A DNA stretch of 64,000 nucleotides from Candidatus Binatia bacterium (lineage in GTDB: Bacteria > Desulfobacterota > Binatia > UBA9968 > CAXXLF01): positions 736,001-800,000 of the forward strand of contig CAXXLF010000001.1 of the NCBI GenBank assembly GCA_963664015.2, read 5' to 3'. The position numbers and the translations under genes are program-made. Below are positions 1-10,311 of this stretch, in pieces (the first letter of the stretch is position 1; every line of letters starts with the position of its first letter). The notes under the pieces are model-generated. The model saw only the letters and a program-made list of their open reading frames with translations, did not search any database and was not told the DNA's origin.

Positions 1-626
1 ACACAGAATAGAGCGGGCTCGACGGTGATGGCCACGGCAACGGGACAACTCTTCCCCTGGGCCCACCACTTTTGCATTTTCAGGTTTCCGTGGTGCATGG
101 GTGAGACCAATAAGTCGAGGGTATTCTTGTCATGAAGCATGCAGCGATAGGTTCCGACGTTGACCCATCCCTCGACCGGGTCCCGGGTAATTACGGCACA
201 ACTGGTTCCCAAATAGGGTCCTCCGTCTTTCTCGTGCCATCGAGGGGAGGGAAATTTCATAAGATCCACCCCGTCCCCTTCAAAAACATTTTCCATAATG
301 GGACTCGAGGATACGGCAACCGGCTTGATGGGACGAAAATCTCTCAACCTCTCCTTCCAGACCTTGAACATTTGGAATTGGGACACGCCCTGGGGAAGAT
401 TGAGGGCCAGAGCCGTCCGTAACGGAGTCGCATAGGGTTTGGCGGCTATCCGATACCCCTTGGGATAACCGTGGATGCGGTCAAATAGCAGCATCGGCCC
501 ATTGCGTTCGCACATCAGTTCCGTCAATGTCCCGATTTCCAAATCGCAGTCTGCCTCTTCAACCACCTTTACCTCACCTCTGGCTTCTGCCTCGGCCAAA
601 AAAGCGCGAGAGTCCCCCAACGCCAG
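1..626 (-). CDS. UbiD family decarboxylase, 5' part (runs off the window edge)
   Basis: Not in the ORF track. Manual translation gives ALGDSRAFLAEAEARGEVKVVEEADCDLEIGTLTE..GPMLLFDRIHGYP..PRWHEKDGGPYLGT..GWVNVGTYRCMLHD..GKSCPVAVAI. Start is CTG at 626 or TTG at 620 after a G-rich RBS. Confidence 0.92.
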   Translation of the reverse strand, partial: MALGDSRAFLAEAEARGEVKVVEEADCDLEIGTLTELMCERNGPMLLFDRIHGYPKGYRIAAKPYATPLRTALALNLPQGVSQFQMFKVWKERLRDFRPIKPVAVSSSPIMENVFEGDGVDLMKFPSPRWHEKDGGPYLGTSCAVITRDPVEGWVNVGTYRCMLHDKNTLDLLVSPMHHGNLKMQKWWAQGKSCPVAVAITVEPALFC

Positions 627-963
627 GGTTCCCCCCTTTCTATCTCCGCACAGTAACGAATCCCTCATTCATACTAAAAGAACCCATTCGGTCACCGACC
701 CTGACCCAAGCCTAGCAAAAAAGACTCAGATGGCCTAGCCGCCGGGCCCAGGGTCCATTCCCCGCCACTGATCCATTACCTAAATTTCTAAAGAGATGCA
801 GGGATCGTAGAGAGTTTATCGAGCAATAGACCATTAGATCAATGGACCGCATTGTCGCAGTACTTCCGGTCCATTCTTCTACTATCCACTGCTCCAATGC
901 TCTAAGGCGAATATCGCCTTCCACCCATTGTCTTACTGCTCTGTTTTGATATGATCTTCCACC

Positions 964-1734
964 ATGGACTACTTGGTCATCCGTAATCTCACCAAAAGAT
1001 TCGGTAACTTCGTTGCGGTCAACGAGGCGAACCTGAACGTGAGCGCGGGAGAGCTCCTGGTAGTGATTGGGGGAAGTGGCTGCGGCAAGACCACCCTGCT
1101 CCGTCTTATCTCCGGTCTGGAAGACCCCGATAGCGGCATCATCTACATCGGCGGCGAGGCCGTAAACGACATCCCTGCAGGTCAGCGGGGAGTCCAGATC
1201 ATCTTCCAACACTTCGCCCTTTGGCCCCACATGAAGGTGTTCGACGAAAGAAGAGACTCCAATATGGGGTTTCCCCTACGAATCCGGAGATGGGCGAAGG
1301 AGAAGATTCGCGAACATATTCGTTCCCTGGCAAAGAGCCTGCAGATCAACGAAGCCCTATTCGATCGTAAGCCCGACACGCTTTCCGGCGGTGAGAAACA
1401 ACGGGTCGCCATGGCTCGGGCCATGGTGACGGCACCGAGGGTACTCGTCATGGACGAGCCTTTGAGTAGCCTGGATCCGGCCAGCCGGGTAACCCTGAGG
1501 GCTGAGATCCGTAACTTCCACAAGGAAAACCACTTGACCACTATCTATGTCACCCACAACGTAGCCGACGGTATCGATCTGGGAGACCGGATTGCCGTTA
1601 TGCGCGACGGGCGCTTTGAACAGATTGGCACGGCAGAGGAGCTGATTAAAAACCCGGCAAATTCCTATGTAGCCGATTTCTTCAAGCCCCCAGATCTGAG
1701 GTTCGCTGAGATGCGACCATGGCAAAACCGGTAA
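964..1734 (+). CDS. ABC transporter ATP-binding protein (PotA/MalK/FbpC-like, no C-terminal TOBE domain)
   Basis: Walker A GGSGCGKT, signature LSGGEKQRVA, Walker B VLVMDEP, H-loop YVTHN. Confidence 0.93.
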   Translation: MDYLVIRNLTKRFGNFVAVNEANLNVSAGELLVVIGGSGCGKTTLLRLISGLEDPDSGIIYIGGEAVNDIPAGQRGVQIIFQHFALWPHMKVFDERRDSNMGFPLRIRRWAKEKIREHIRSLAKSLQINEALFDRKPDTLSGGEKQRVAMARAMVTAPRVLVMDEPLSSLDPASRVTLRAEIRNFHKENHLTTIYVTHNVADGIDLGDRIAVMRDGRFEQIGTAEELIKNPANSYVADFFKPPDLRFAEMRPWQNR

Positions 1735-2795
1735 GTTTATGTCCGGCGGGAGCGTCAGATAAGATCTGTAGTAGATTGACCCTTTCTAGTTCGGTGACCC
1801 CCTCCAAAAGTCTCCATACCTTTCGGTGTCTACTTTGGCTGTTCGTCAGCGGCGCCCTTTCACTCGCATCAGGATGTGCAGTCCCGGGTTGGAAGACCAC
1901 CTTCGAGTTGGAGCATCCCTTGACCGGCCGAATCTGGGACGGGTCCAACCGCCGGTTCGTCGATGGTGATACCCTTGTGGGCCGCCTGGTTCGTGCCCGC
2001 TTCGTGCTGTTGGGAGAAAAACACGACAACCCGGATCACCACCGCCTGCAAGCGCAGCTGCTTAGAAAAATAATCGGATCGGGACGCCGCCCCGCAGTCG
2101 GTTTCGAGATGTTTAACGTCGACGATGCGTTTGCCATAGCTAGGCATCTCGCTGCGGCCCCGAGGAACGCGGCGGGACTGGGACCGGCCGTTAACTGGAG
2201 TGAACGAGGCTGGCCCGACTGGAAGCTCTATCAACCCATTGTCGAAGCGGCGCTGGGGGCCGACCTGCCCATTGTCGCAACGGATCTTCGTCCGGCAATT
2301 TTGAATCGACTGCGCCACGGGGGGGCAGCAGCGCTGGATAACGCAGTTTTACGCCAACTGGAGCTTGACCGGCCCCTCTCTAAAGACACCCTGGAGAGGA
2401 TGACGGCGGATATACGCAGTGCACACTGCGGCTACGCATCCAAGAAACTGATCATGACAATGGTCAATATACAACGGGCGCGCGATGCTCAGATCGCACA
2501 GAGCCTGATGGCGGCGGCTCACGTCGACGGCGCCGTACTGATCGCTGGAGCGGGCCACGTACGGAAAGATTACGGTGTGCCGACCTACCTTAACTCAAAG
2601 GCTACCGGCCAGAGGGTGATCAGTCTAGCCTTTCTGGAGGTCGACGGTACCACCACCGAACCTGAGTCCTATGCCCAACAGTTTAACGGCATAAAATTAC
2701 CGTTCGACTACGTCTGGTTCACGCCACGGCTAAAAAACCTGGACCCTTGTGAGAGTTTTGAAGCGGAACTAAATCGCTTAAAAAAGACCGATTAG
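1719..2795 (+). CDS. ChaN family lipoprotein (haem-uptake/Tiki-EreA superfamily)
   Basis: VLLGEKHDNPDHH, GFEMF, QRARDAQIA and LIAGAGHVRKDYGVP motifs; lipobox-like LASGC. True start may be downstream. Confidence 0.85.
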   Translation: MAKPVSLCPAGASDKICSRLTLSSSVTPSKSLHTFRCLLWLFVSGALSLASGCAVPGWKTTFELEHPLTGRIWDGSNRRFVDGDTLVGRLVRARFVLLGEKHDNPDHHRLQAQLLRKIIGSGRRPAVGFEMFNVDDAFAIARHLAAAPRNAAGLGPAVNWSERGWPDWKLYQPIVEAALGADLPIVATDLRPAILNRLRHGGAAALDNAVLRQLELDRPLSKDTLERMTADIRSAHCGYASKKLIMTMVNIQRARDAQIAQSLMAAAHVDGAVLIAGAGHVRKDYGVPTYLNSKATGQRVISLAFLEVDGTTTEPESYAQQFNGIKLPFDYVWFTPRLKNLDPCESFEAELNRLKKTD

Positions 2796-2807
2796 AGGAC
2801 AGCATCA

Positions 2808-3864
2808 ATGCCGAAATTCCGTTACGAACATCTGGTGACCCTTGCCCAGCGGATCCTTGCCAATGCTGGGTTACCGCGAAACGAGACTGAACTGGTCGGC
2901 AAGATGCTCGTCAAGGCCGACCTCAACGGATATCCTGGGCACGGTATCGCCCACATTCTCTCCTACGTCGATAGAATCAAAACGGGCCTAATCCAGCTGG
3001 AAACGCGCCCAACAGTTGTCCGTGAAGGAAAGGCAACGGCCCTGATGGACGGAAACTCCTACGTCGGACAGGTCGTGGCCTACGAAGGAACCCAACTGGC
3101 GCTACAGAAGGCCGCCGAACATGGCACCGGTACGGTTTGCATTCGGCACTCGGGACACATCGGCCGCCTCGGCGATTTCATGGCACTCATTACCGAGTCG
3201 GGCATGATCGGCGTTTCAGCGGTCAGTGTGGGCGGGAGCTCCATTGCGTCCTACGGAGCTATGGAATCCTATGGGATACGGTATTTTCCGACGTAGCAGC
3301 GAACCGATCATCCTGGATTTCGCAACGGGAGCATCGAGTATGGGAGAGCTGAGGAAGAGAGTCCGTCTTGGAGAGAAGATCCCCCCTGGAGTCATGCTTG
3401 ACGGCCAGGGGCACTCGAACACGAACTTCAAAAAGTTTACGGGTCCGCCCAAGGGTGTGCTCCTCCCTTTTGCTGGGTACAAGGGCTCGGGGCTCCATCT
3501 CATGGCCGAGATCCTCGGCGGGATCTTAAAGGGTAACGGACTGGGCAAGGAGTGGTGGGAGCGTGGCGGACCGGCAATCAATGGCCTCATGCTACAGGCC
3601 ATCCGCATCGAAGAGTTTTTTCCTCTCGAGGAATTTTACGACAAGATCGAAGAACTCGTCGTGTGGATAAAATCAAAAAAGACGTCCCCTGGTTTCTCCG
3701 GCGTCACCCTCCCCGGCGAGAACTCCAAGATGAGGGCAATAAGGAACTTGAAGGAAGGGATCGAGATCGAGGCAGAAACTTGGGAGAGGATTAGCCAATG
3801 CGCCGCGGAGCTGGGTGTCGAGGACACTCCCCTTCCATTTTCTCACACAGGGCCTTCTACCTGA
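2808..3864 (+). pseudogene. Ldh_2 (malate/L-lactate/sulfolactate dehydrogenase, YbiC/ComC-like) oxidoreductase, frameshifted near 3265
   Basis: The N-half (ADLNGYPGHG, HSGHIGRLG) is in ORF 2808-3296 and the C-half (NPMGYG, ILDFAT, GYKGSGL, LPGE) is in another frame to 3864. The residues normally preceding NP appear deleted. Confidence 0.85.
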
Positions 3865-4933
3865 CAGGAGGGAGAGGTCTGGGACCGGCGATTCGTCGGT
3901 AAATCTCTGCGACCTTGGGATCCTTGGGTATCCGCTTGAGTGCCGCGTCGATTTCCGCGCCCGTTACCGGGTCCGAGAGTTGGCCGGTCAAACGCCGGTA
4001 TTCGGTTGCGTACTCAGGATCCTTCCATACCTTGTTAAATCCTTCGCGCAACGTGGTGTGCGCCTCCTTGGGTAACCCCTTGGGCACCAAAAAGTTAGCG
4101 CTCCCCGGCCTGCTCGAATTGTGAAAACGAAGAATCGCCCGTTTCAAGTCGGTGTCCGCAAAGTCTTCCAAATGGGGTCGATGAGGTAACTCTGGAACCC
4201 ACGTCCCACCACGTCCTTTGGAATTCTTTACCACAATCGGGGCCGTGTACCCATTTCTTAATTGTTTAAGCCCGTCTCACCGCAGAAAAGTTGTCAGGTT
4301 GGTGGTATGGGCATCAGCCTCACCCTTCTCGAGGGCCGTAATAATGCCCTGACTGCTGTAGCCCACTTTCCATTTTGGATCCTTGAGTTCAAGGACGTAG
4401 GCGATGACACGGTCCAAGATGTACTGGGAATGTCCAATGCTCCTCTGGACAAAACGCAGGCCCTTGTAGGCCCTTAACGCCTTCACTGTATTCAATCTCA
4501 GCTCCGGCCGAATCTCCACCGTGTACGGGCCTCCCGTATTACTCGTACCGAAAAAAACAAAATCGTCGATCTTGAAACGAACCCCTGGGGCGTTGAAAAT
4601 GGCATGGGAAAACATCCCCGTGCCGATGTTTGCGATTGTAAGCCCGTCCCTTTTTGCGACATTCGCCATATAATTGGCTGCTGCCATGCCGCCTTCACTG
4701 GGCATGAACTTGAAGACAACGGTGGGATGCCCGGGAAGGTTCTTACTCAGATGCTGCGCTCCGATTTGGGTTCACAAGCTACCGGCCCCTCCAGGTGGAT
4801 AGCCCACAACCACGATCAGGGTTTTATTCTCGTAGAACGGCGTCGCTTATACCCTAACGGCATAGCCCATTAGAATCAGAGCCAGGATCAAAAAGGCTTC
4901 GGATACGCGTTGTGCGCTCTGTCGATAACTCAT
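3857..4933 (-). pseudogene. Tripartite tricarboxylate transporter substrate-binding protein (TctC/Bug-like) with three in-frame stops
   Basis: One frame from ATG 4933: signal peptide, then ATPFYENKTLIVVVGYPPGGAG..LPGHPTVVFKFMPSEGGMAAANYMANVAKRDGLTI. Stops are TAA 4847-4849, TGA 4772-4774 and TGA 4277-4279. Confidence 0.85.
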
Positions 4934-5305
4934 TCTTATAGTCCGTAAGCTATATCTTTGCGTTATAAAACTCACGGCGGGACGAAGCCTCCACAGGCAT
5001 TCGCCCAAGGTCCCTCGCGGAGGCGGACTAAGGACCCAATCTACCTGCGGCCGGTTACCTATTCCACTTGGCCGCTAGGCATTAATCCAACAGGGCTGAA
5101 CATGTCAATCAATTCGAAACACCCCCCCAAACACCCCTGGATTGATTTGATTTCCTCCACTGACCCTTATCTATTTTTACCCCATTGCTTTTCGACAACC
5201 GTTCTTATAGCATCACGAAAAGTAGACTCTGACGTCCTCATTTAGATTACAGGCACCTTGGTCCCGCGTCCAATCTCCAGCGGACACTATCGAAGTGAGG
5301 TAGCC

Positions 5306-6118
5306 ATGCGTAGCAAATCTTTCTCCGCACTCATTCTCATTCCTGTTTGGGTAAGCGCCTTGCTCGTAACGCCCACGGGTGTCCAGGCCAAATGCCGCGA
5401 CCCGGAGGTGGCCCGGCCTTGGGGATCGGTCGCCCACGCGGCTGCACCGGATGTGACCATCCGATACTTCGGCCATAACTTTTTCCACATCAAAACCGCC
5501 AAAGGAACCACCATCATCACGGATCCTCTAGGACCAGGACGCTACCCCTACCCGGTACCCGATGTCTCCGCCGACGTGGTTACCATCGGCAGAGAGCACT
5601 ACAATCACAACTTTGTCGAAATCGTCCAGGGCAGCCCGCTGGTCCTCCGTGGCCTCGCCAACTACGGCTTCGAATGGAACCGGGTCAACAGCAGCTTTAA
5701 TGAAGTTTTCATCTACAACGTACCGATTTATCACCACTCGGAGAGCATGGAAAACATCAAGGGGGCTGCTTTCATCTTCGATCTCGGTGACCTCTGCATC
5801 GCGCACCTGGGAGACTTGAGCCAAAAATTAACCCCCCAACAGCTCAAAATGATCGGCAAGGTAGACATTGCCCTGACGCCCATCGGTGGTTGGCGCACCA
5901 TGGCTCCGGACCTGGCCAGAGAAGTCTTAGCCCAGCTCAAACCCAAGATTGCTATTCCCATGCATTATCGGGATAATCTCTACGTGATCGAGGAGTTTAC
6001 GGCAGGGATCAAGTCACGGATTATGAATTCGGACACGCTGGTCGTTAGCAAAGATGGGCTACCCTCTTCGCTGGAGATCCGCGTCCTGACTCCCGAGGGG
6101 GCGGAAAGCTTCCAGTAA
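5306..6118 (+). CDS. Exported MBL-fold metallo-hydrolase (Lactamase_B_3-like)
   Basis: IRYFGHNFF, IITDP, AHLGDL and IPMHY motifs; N-terminal signal peptide; RBS GAGG before ATG 5306. Confidence 0.85.
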   Translation: MRSKSFSALILIPVWVSALLVTPTGVQAKCRDPEVARPWGSVAHAAAPDVTIRYFGHNFFHIKTAKGTTIITDPLGPGRYPYPVPDVSADVVTIGREHYNHNFVEIVQGSPLVLRGLANYGFEWNRVNSSFNEVFIYNVPIYHHSESMENIKGAAFIFDLGDLCIAHLGDLSQKLTPQQLKMIGKVDIALTPIGGWRTMAPDLAREVLAQLKPKIAIPMHYRDNLYVIEEFTAGIKSRIMNSDTLVVSKDGLPSSLEIRVLTPEGAESFQ

Positions 6119-6248
6119 AATAAGGCAAAAGTAAAAAGGTAAAAATTTAAATAGAGTATTCACGAACTTTTACCTTTTCCCCGATTTGTCTCATTCCTCC
6201 GGTCTATATCGTCTATTCTCATTTTTCTATTGTCTATCTTCTATTCCC
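6119..6248. repeat. Low-complexity AT-rich intergenic repeats with an inverted repeat (AAAAGGTAAAA / TTTTACCTTTT) and repeated TCTAT units; possible bidirectional terminator
   Basis: Seen directly between two convergent genes. Confidence 0.45.
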
Positions 6249-6249
6249 T

Positions 6250-7014
6250 TTACCATTTTCCCTCATGCACGTTGTCAAAGGCGTTCTTCGCCATATCGAA
6301 GATAAACCGGGCTGCACTTGGGGGATCCATCCGGTCGAGGTCGGCAAATTGGTACCCCACCAGCGAATAGGCTACATAGATCTTGCCGTCGGCTTCAGGC
6401 ACTGCTTGACCGCCGATTACCGGGACCTTAATACTTCGGCATACCTCCGCGTAAATTTCCGGCGACACGCTGGTCAGGTCGATCATAGAGGCACCGGCGT
6501 CTTCAACGGCGTGAGCCCATTTGAGGATGTGCCCGCGGTCAGCCTCAGTCCCGTGAAGCACGCCCCCTCCCCCAACGGCGGGAAATCCGATCTGGGGATA
6601 GACGGGCAGACCAATGTCGAGAACGGCACGGACATCGTTGAATAGCGCCTCTTCCTTCCCGCGCAGATCCACCTTGGGCATGTCGGCTCCAACTTCGTCC
6701 TTAATTCGGCGCGCCGCCTTTGCGACCTCCAACGGCCCTGAGTTGCAGGTACGGGTCGGCATATCGACGCTCACAACGGCACGTTCGGCGGCACGCCGAA
6801 CCGCTTTGGCGAACGGGATCATATCGTCAAGGGTGCAGTCATCGACACCGGGCTGACCTAAAAACCGCCGTCCCAAGCTGTCTCCAACTGACAGGAGGTC
6901 AGCCCCGGCTTTCTCACAGATTTTCGTCATTTGATAATCGTAAACAACCGCGGCTGCTATCTTTTTCCCATCTCGTTTCATCTGCTGCAGGTCCTGAATA
7001 GTTAACCTGGCCAT
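6250..7014 (-). CDS. Divergent PanB-like protein (3-methyl-2-oxobutanoate hydroxymethyltransferase family)
   Basis: RLTIQDLQQMKRDGKKI, YDY, SVGDSLG, VDMP and VPVIG motifs; RBS AGGAGG before ATG 7014. Several catalytic positions differ from PanB. Confidence 0.8.
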   Translation of the reverse strand: MARLTIQDLQQMKRDGKKIAAAVVYDYQMTKICEKAGADLLSVGDSLGRRFLGQPGVDDCTLDDMIPFAKAVRRAAERAVVSVDMPTRTCNSGPLEVAKAARRIKDEVGADMPKVDLRGKEEALFNDVRAVLDIGLPVYPQIGFPAVGGGGVLHGTEADRGHILKWAHAVEDAGASMIDLTSVSPEIYAEVCRSIKVPVIGGQAVPEADGKIYVAYSLVGYQFADLDRMDPPSAARFIFDMAKNAFDNVHEGKW

Positions 7015-7313
7015 GGTAGCACCTCCTGATAAATTTGAGGGATTTGTACGGGGAATGACTTTGGCAGGCAACTTAGTCGGCAAGGCCGGATAAGTCAACA
7101 CACCCACCTGGCTGCTGATTGGCTCTCAGATCACGAATAAACCAACCCCAATTTCGGCTTTCCTTCCGGTTCCATTTCCCATACCCAATCTATTGCCTCT
7201 TTAACGCTGTGCGTGATAAAAGCAGGGAGTTCAACCCATACACGAACCAGCCAGCTAAGGGCGGAGACAACCGTTCCGGTTGGGATCAATGCCCTAAGGA
7301 AGGACGGCGTAAT

Positions 7314-8792
7314 ATGAAATTGTCACCCTTTCCTCTTTGCAAAGCGCTTTTCAGTTCGTTCACTGTCTTTGCCTTTCTTCTATTACTCACCGCCCCACTG
7401 GCCTGGGCCGACGGGGACCACAGCTACGGTGCCGGACCGAAAGCGGTGGCCCCCTGGTGGGTCTGGGTTGGCGGCATATGCCTCCTCACCGCTGTGGCAT
7501 TTCTCGTGGTCACAATCGGCATGAAGCGCAGCCGCGGCGGAGGTGAATTAGAAGGTTTCAGCCGAAATGCAAAGTTGCTCCTGATTCAGAGTCCCTTCGG
7601 TGGTCTCACCGTAAGCCTGGTCCAGCTCCTCTTCAACATCTATCTACTCTCCCTAGGCTTCGATCTGCTTTTCGTCGCCAAATTCGTGGCCATCCAATGG
7701 ACCCTTCACGGATTGGCCGTCATCCCCTTCGGCATCTTAGCGGACCTGTTCGGACGCCGGCGTATTTACCTCACCTCCTACACCGGCAACATCATCTTTA
7801 CCTCCATCGTGTTATTCACGCTGAACCCCACTTGGCTGCTCGTCCTGGCCGGCATCACCGGTTTCTTCCAGGGCGGACATGCCATTATCGGCCCGCCTTT
7901 CATGCGGGAACAGAGCCGGCCCCACGAGCGAGTCCATCTCTTCAGTCTCACTGGAGGTATCCGCGTGGGAGCTGCCGGGTTTGGAAATCTAGCGGCTGGA
8001 ATGCTCCCCATTCTCTACGCGACGCTCTTTGGCATTGGTCCCGACAGCGCCTGGGCCCTTCGTGCCAGCCTGCTCACGGCCTTACCGCTCATGGCCTGCT
8101 CCATGATTCCCTACATCCTGATTCAGGAACAGTGGAAGGTCATGGACATTCGCCGCTGGGTCAAGGGGATTGAGAGTTTTGGTCCCATCGGCATGCTTTC
8201 CTTTACCGAAGCAATGGTCGGGATGGCCATGGGGTTCACAACCCCTTTTTTGAACATCTTCTTCATCCAGCATATTCGAGCTTCGACTGACCAGATTGGT
8301 CTCATATTCGCCGCCGCTTCGGTACTCACCGCAGTCGTTACTATATTCGTACCGTTTATCGTGGGTCGCCTCGGGCGGGTTCGGGCCGTCACCATCATCA
8401 AGCTTCTTGGCATCCCTTCTCTGATCCTGCTGGGAATGACGAACGATCTGATTTGGGCTTCGATCTTTTACGCTCTTACGATCTTTATGATCGGCGGTCC
8501 ATTCCCCAATCGGGGGATCGCTGATCCCATCTTCAGCCTAATCGCCATGGATGCGGTGAAGGAAAGAGAGCGGGGAACCACCAACGGCATTATGCACGCT
8601 TGCGTCGAAATCCCGAGGGGTTTTGGGGCGAGTTTAGCTGCGCCGTTCATGGTAGCCGGCAACTGGCGTGTTCCGTTTACCATTGGTGGGCTTATCTTTG
8701 CTGCTGCGTTTATCCTTTATTACTTTTATTTTGCGCGCCTCGATGGGCCCCAGGCCGCTGTGGAGGGGGCAACAGCGCCAACCCTCGACTAG
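7314..8792 (+). CDS. MFS transporter with an N-terminal extension
   Basis: About 12 core TM segments; motif A GILADLFGRRR and GRLGRVR; RBS AAGGAAGG before ATG 7314. Confidence 0.88.
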   Translation: MKLSPFPLCKALFSSFTVFAFLLLLTAPLAWADGDHSYGAGPKAVAPWWVWVGGICLLTAVAFLVVTIGMKRSRGGGELEGFSRNAKLLLIQSPFGGLTVSLVQLLFNIYLLSLGFDLLFVAKFVAIQWTLHGLAVIPFGILADLFGRRRIYLTSYTGNIIFTSIVLFTLNPTWLLVLAGITGFFQGGHAIIGPPFMREQSRPHERVHLFSLTGGIRVGAAGFGNLAAGMLPILYATLFGIGPDSAWALRASLLTALPLMACSMIPYILIQEQWKVMDIRRWVKGIESFGPIGMLSFTEAMVGMAMGFTTPFLNIFFIQHIRASTDQIGLIFAAASVLTAVVTIFVPFIVGRLGRVRAVTIIKLLGIPSLILLGMTNDLIWASIFYALTIFMIGGPFPNRGIADPIFSLIAMDAVKERERGTTNGIMHACVEIPRGFGASLAAPFMVAGNWRVPFTIGGLIFAAAFILYYFYFARLDGPQAAVEGATAPTLD

Positions 8793-8811
8793 GTCTTCTA
8801 GGAGTTAGAAC

Positions 8812-9175
8812 TGGGCAAATTAACCGCAGCTTTTCGCTGATTATCGCAGATTAAGGATTCGGACATTTCACCGCAGAGACGCAGAGGGCGCAGAGAAAAG
8901 ACAGAAAAAATTCAACTGCTCATTTACACCGATTGTTACCGACAATAACTATTTTTCTTTGTCGGGAGACGACGTCAAGCAAAAAGGTGAACTATATTGC
9001 CCAATCGTCGTCTGCCGATTGGGCAATATAGTTTTACCTCAGCGCACTTTGCCCTTCGCCCCCTCGACAGGCTCGGGGTCCCGAGCCCCGTCGAGGACGT
9101 CTCTGCGGTAAGAGTCTTAATGTTTTCTTTATTTGTGTCCATCTGCGTAAATCTGCGGTAAAATTCTTAATTGGG
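8812..9175. repeat. Nested palindromic REP/MITE-like intergenic element
   Basis: Perfect 18-bp stem at 8990-9007/9016-9033. The arm TTCACCGCAGAGACGCAGAGGGCGCAGAG near 8867 has an interrupted complement at 9038-9111. Inner hairpin CCTCGAC..GCTCGGG..CCCGAGC..GTCGAGG. Confidence 0.75.
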
Positions 9176-9306
9176 CAAGAATCTAACTATAGAGTGTCCC
9201 CACCGTTGATAAACGGTCAATTTACTTTTCTTGGCATCGTGACGGGGCAACCGGCATTGTCGGAAGCCCGAACACCAAGCCTTGATCCCTCTCTTAGTGC
9301 CCGGCA

Positions 9307-10263
9307 ATGGATCGAGCGGCTCGCTTGCCCCGGCTACGAAGCCTCCTCCACTCCATCGATGGAGAAATGGTCGAGGAGCGTTACTTTAATGGCGCACGCG
9401 CCTCCCAATGGGCCAATTTAAAATCCGTCTCCAAGAGTGTCCTCTCGATTCTCGTGGGCATTACCCTCGAGCAAGGCCTCCTCAAGAGCCTCAGCTATAG
9501 GGTCGAGAAGTTCTTTCCTCACTATTTCAGCAGTTCGGATAACCCGGCCGAGAAACGAATCACCCTCGAGGATCTCCTGACCATACGTTCGGGGCTCGAG
9601 CCCACCAGCCGTCGGAACTATGGCCGATGGGTTCAGAGTAGCAACTGGGTACGTCACGTACTCACGCGCCCGAGGATCGACACACCTGGCGGCCGCATGA
9701 TCTACAGCACGGGGAACACGCACGTGCTGTCCGCTGTTTTGACCAAGGCAACCGGGTCCAGCACCTTTGAATTTACCCGCCGCCATCTGTCCCAACCCCT
9801 AGGTATTCCCATCCGCCCGTGGTTACGGAATCCGCAGGGAATTTATTTCGGCGGCAACGAGAGGCACCTCATGCCGCGCGCGATTCTCAAGATTGGTGAG
9901 CTCTCCCTTCACGGCGGCCGAGTGGGTAAAACACAGATCGTGTCGGAAGGCTGAATCCAACAGTTGTTGACACCGCGAACCTGCTCCCGCTTTAGTGGGC
10001 GCGAATACGGTTACGGCTGGTGGATCGACACGTTGGCCGGGCACGACGCCTACCTCGCCTATGGCTACGAAGGGCAGTTTATCTTCGTCGTGCCGGATCT
10101 CAAGTTGACAGCCGTCGTTAGCTCATCCACATCACCCAGGCAAACGCGCGAGGAGCGCCGGGGACACCGTCAAGGCGTCTACGATATTCTGGAGGAGGAC
10201 CTCATCCCCGCTGTGCGCAATGGGCGCATGTCACTGCGGCGCAGCAACGGCACCGCCCCCTGA
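9307..10263 (+). pseudogene. Serine hydrolase (class C beta-lactamase/NylB-like) with internal TGA and a damaged N-terminus
   Basis: SxxK (SVSK), LEDLLT, YST and YGYGWW motifs. TGA at 9952-9954 falls at an expected Trp (EG*IQQ) and the frame continues. Confidence 0.85.
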
Positions 10264-10311
10264 TCGCCAATAAGAAATCCCCCGTGCCGTATCGCCACCC
10301 TCTTTCCCCCC

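Noticed and set aside
740-960. Short degenerate TCCATT/TCCAAT repeats between the first UbiD and the ABC ATPase
   Set aside because: Too irregular to define a unit or function; treated as low-complexity intergenic sequence.
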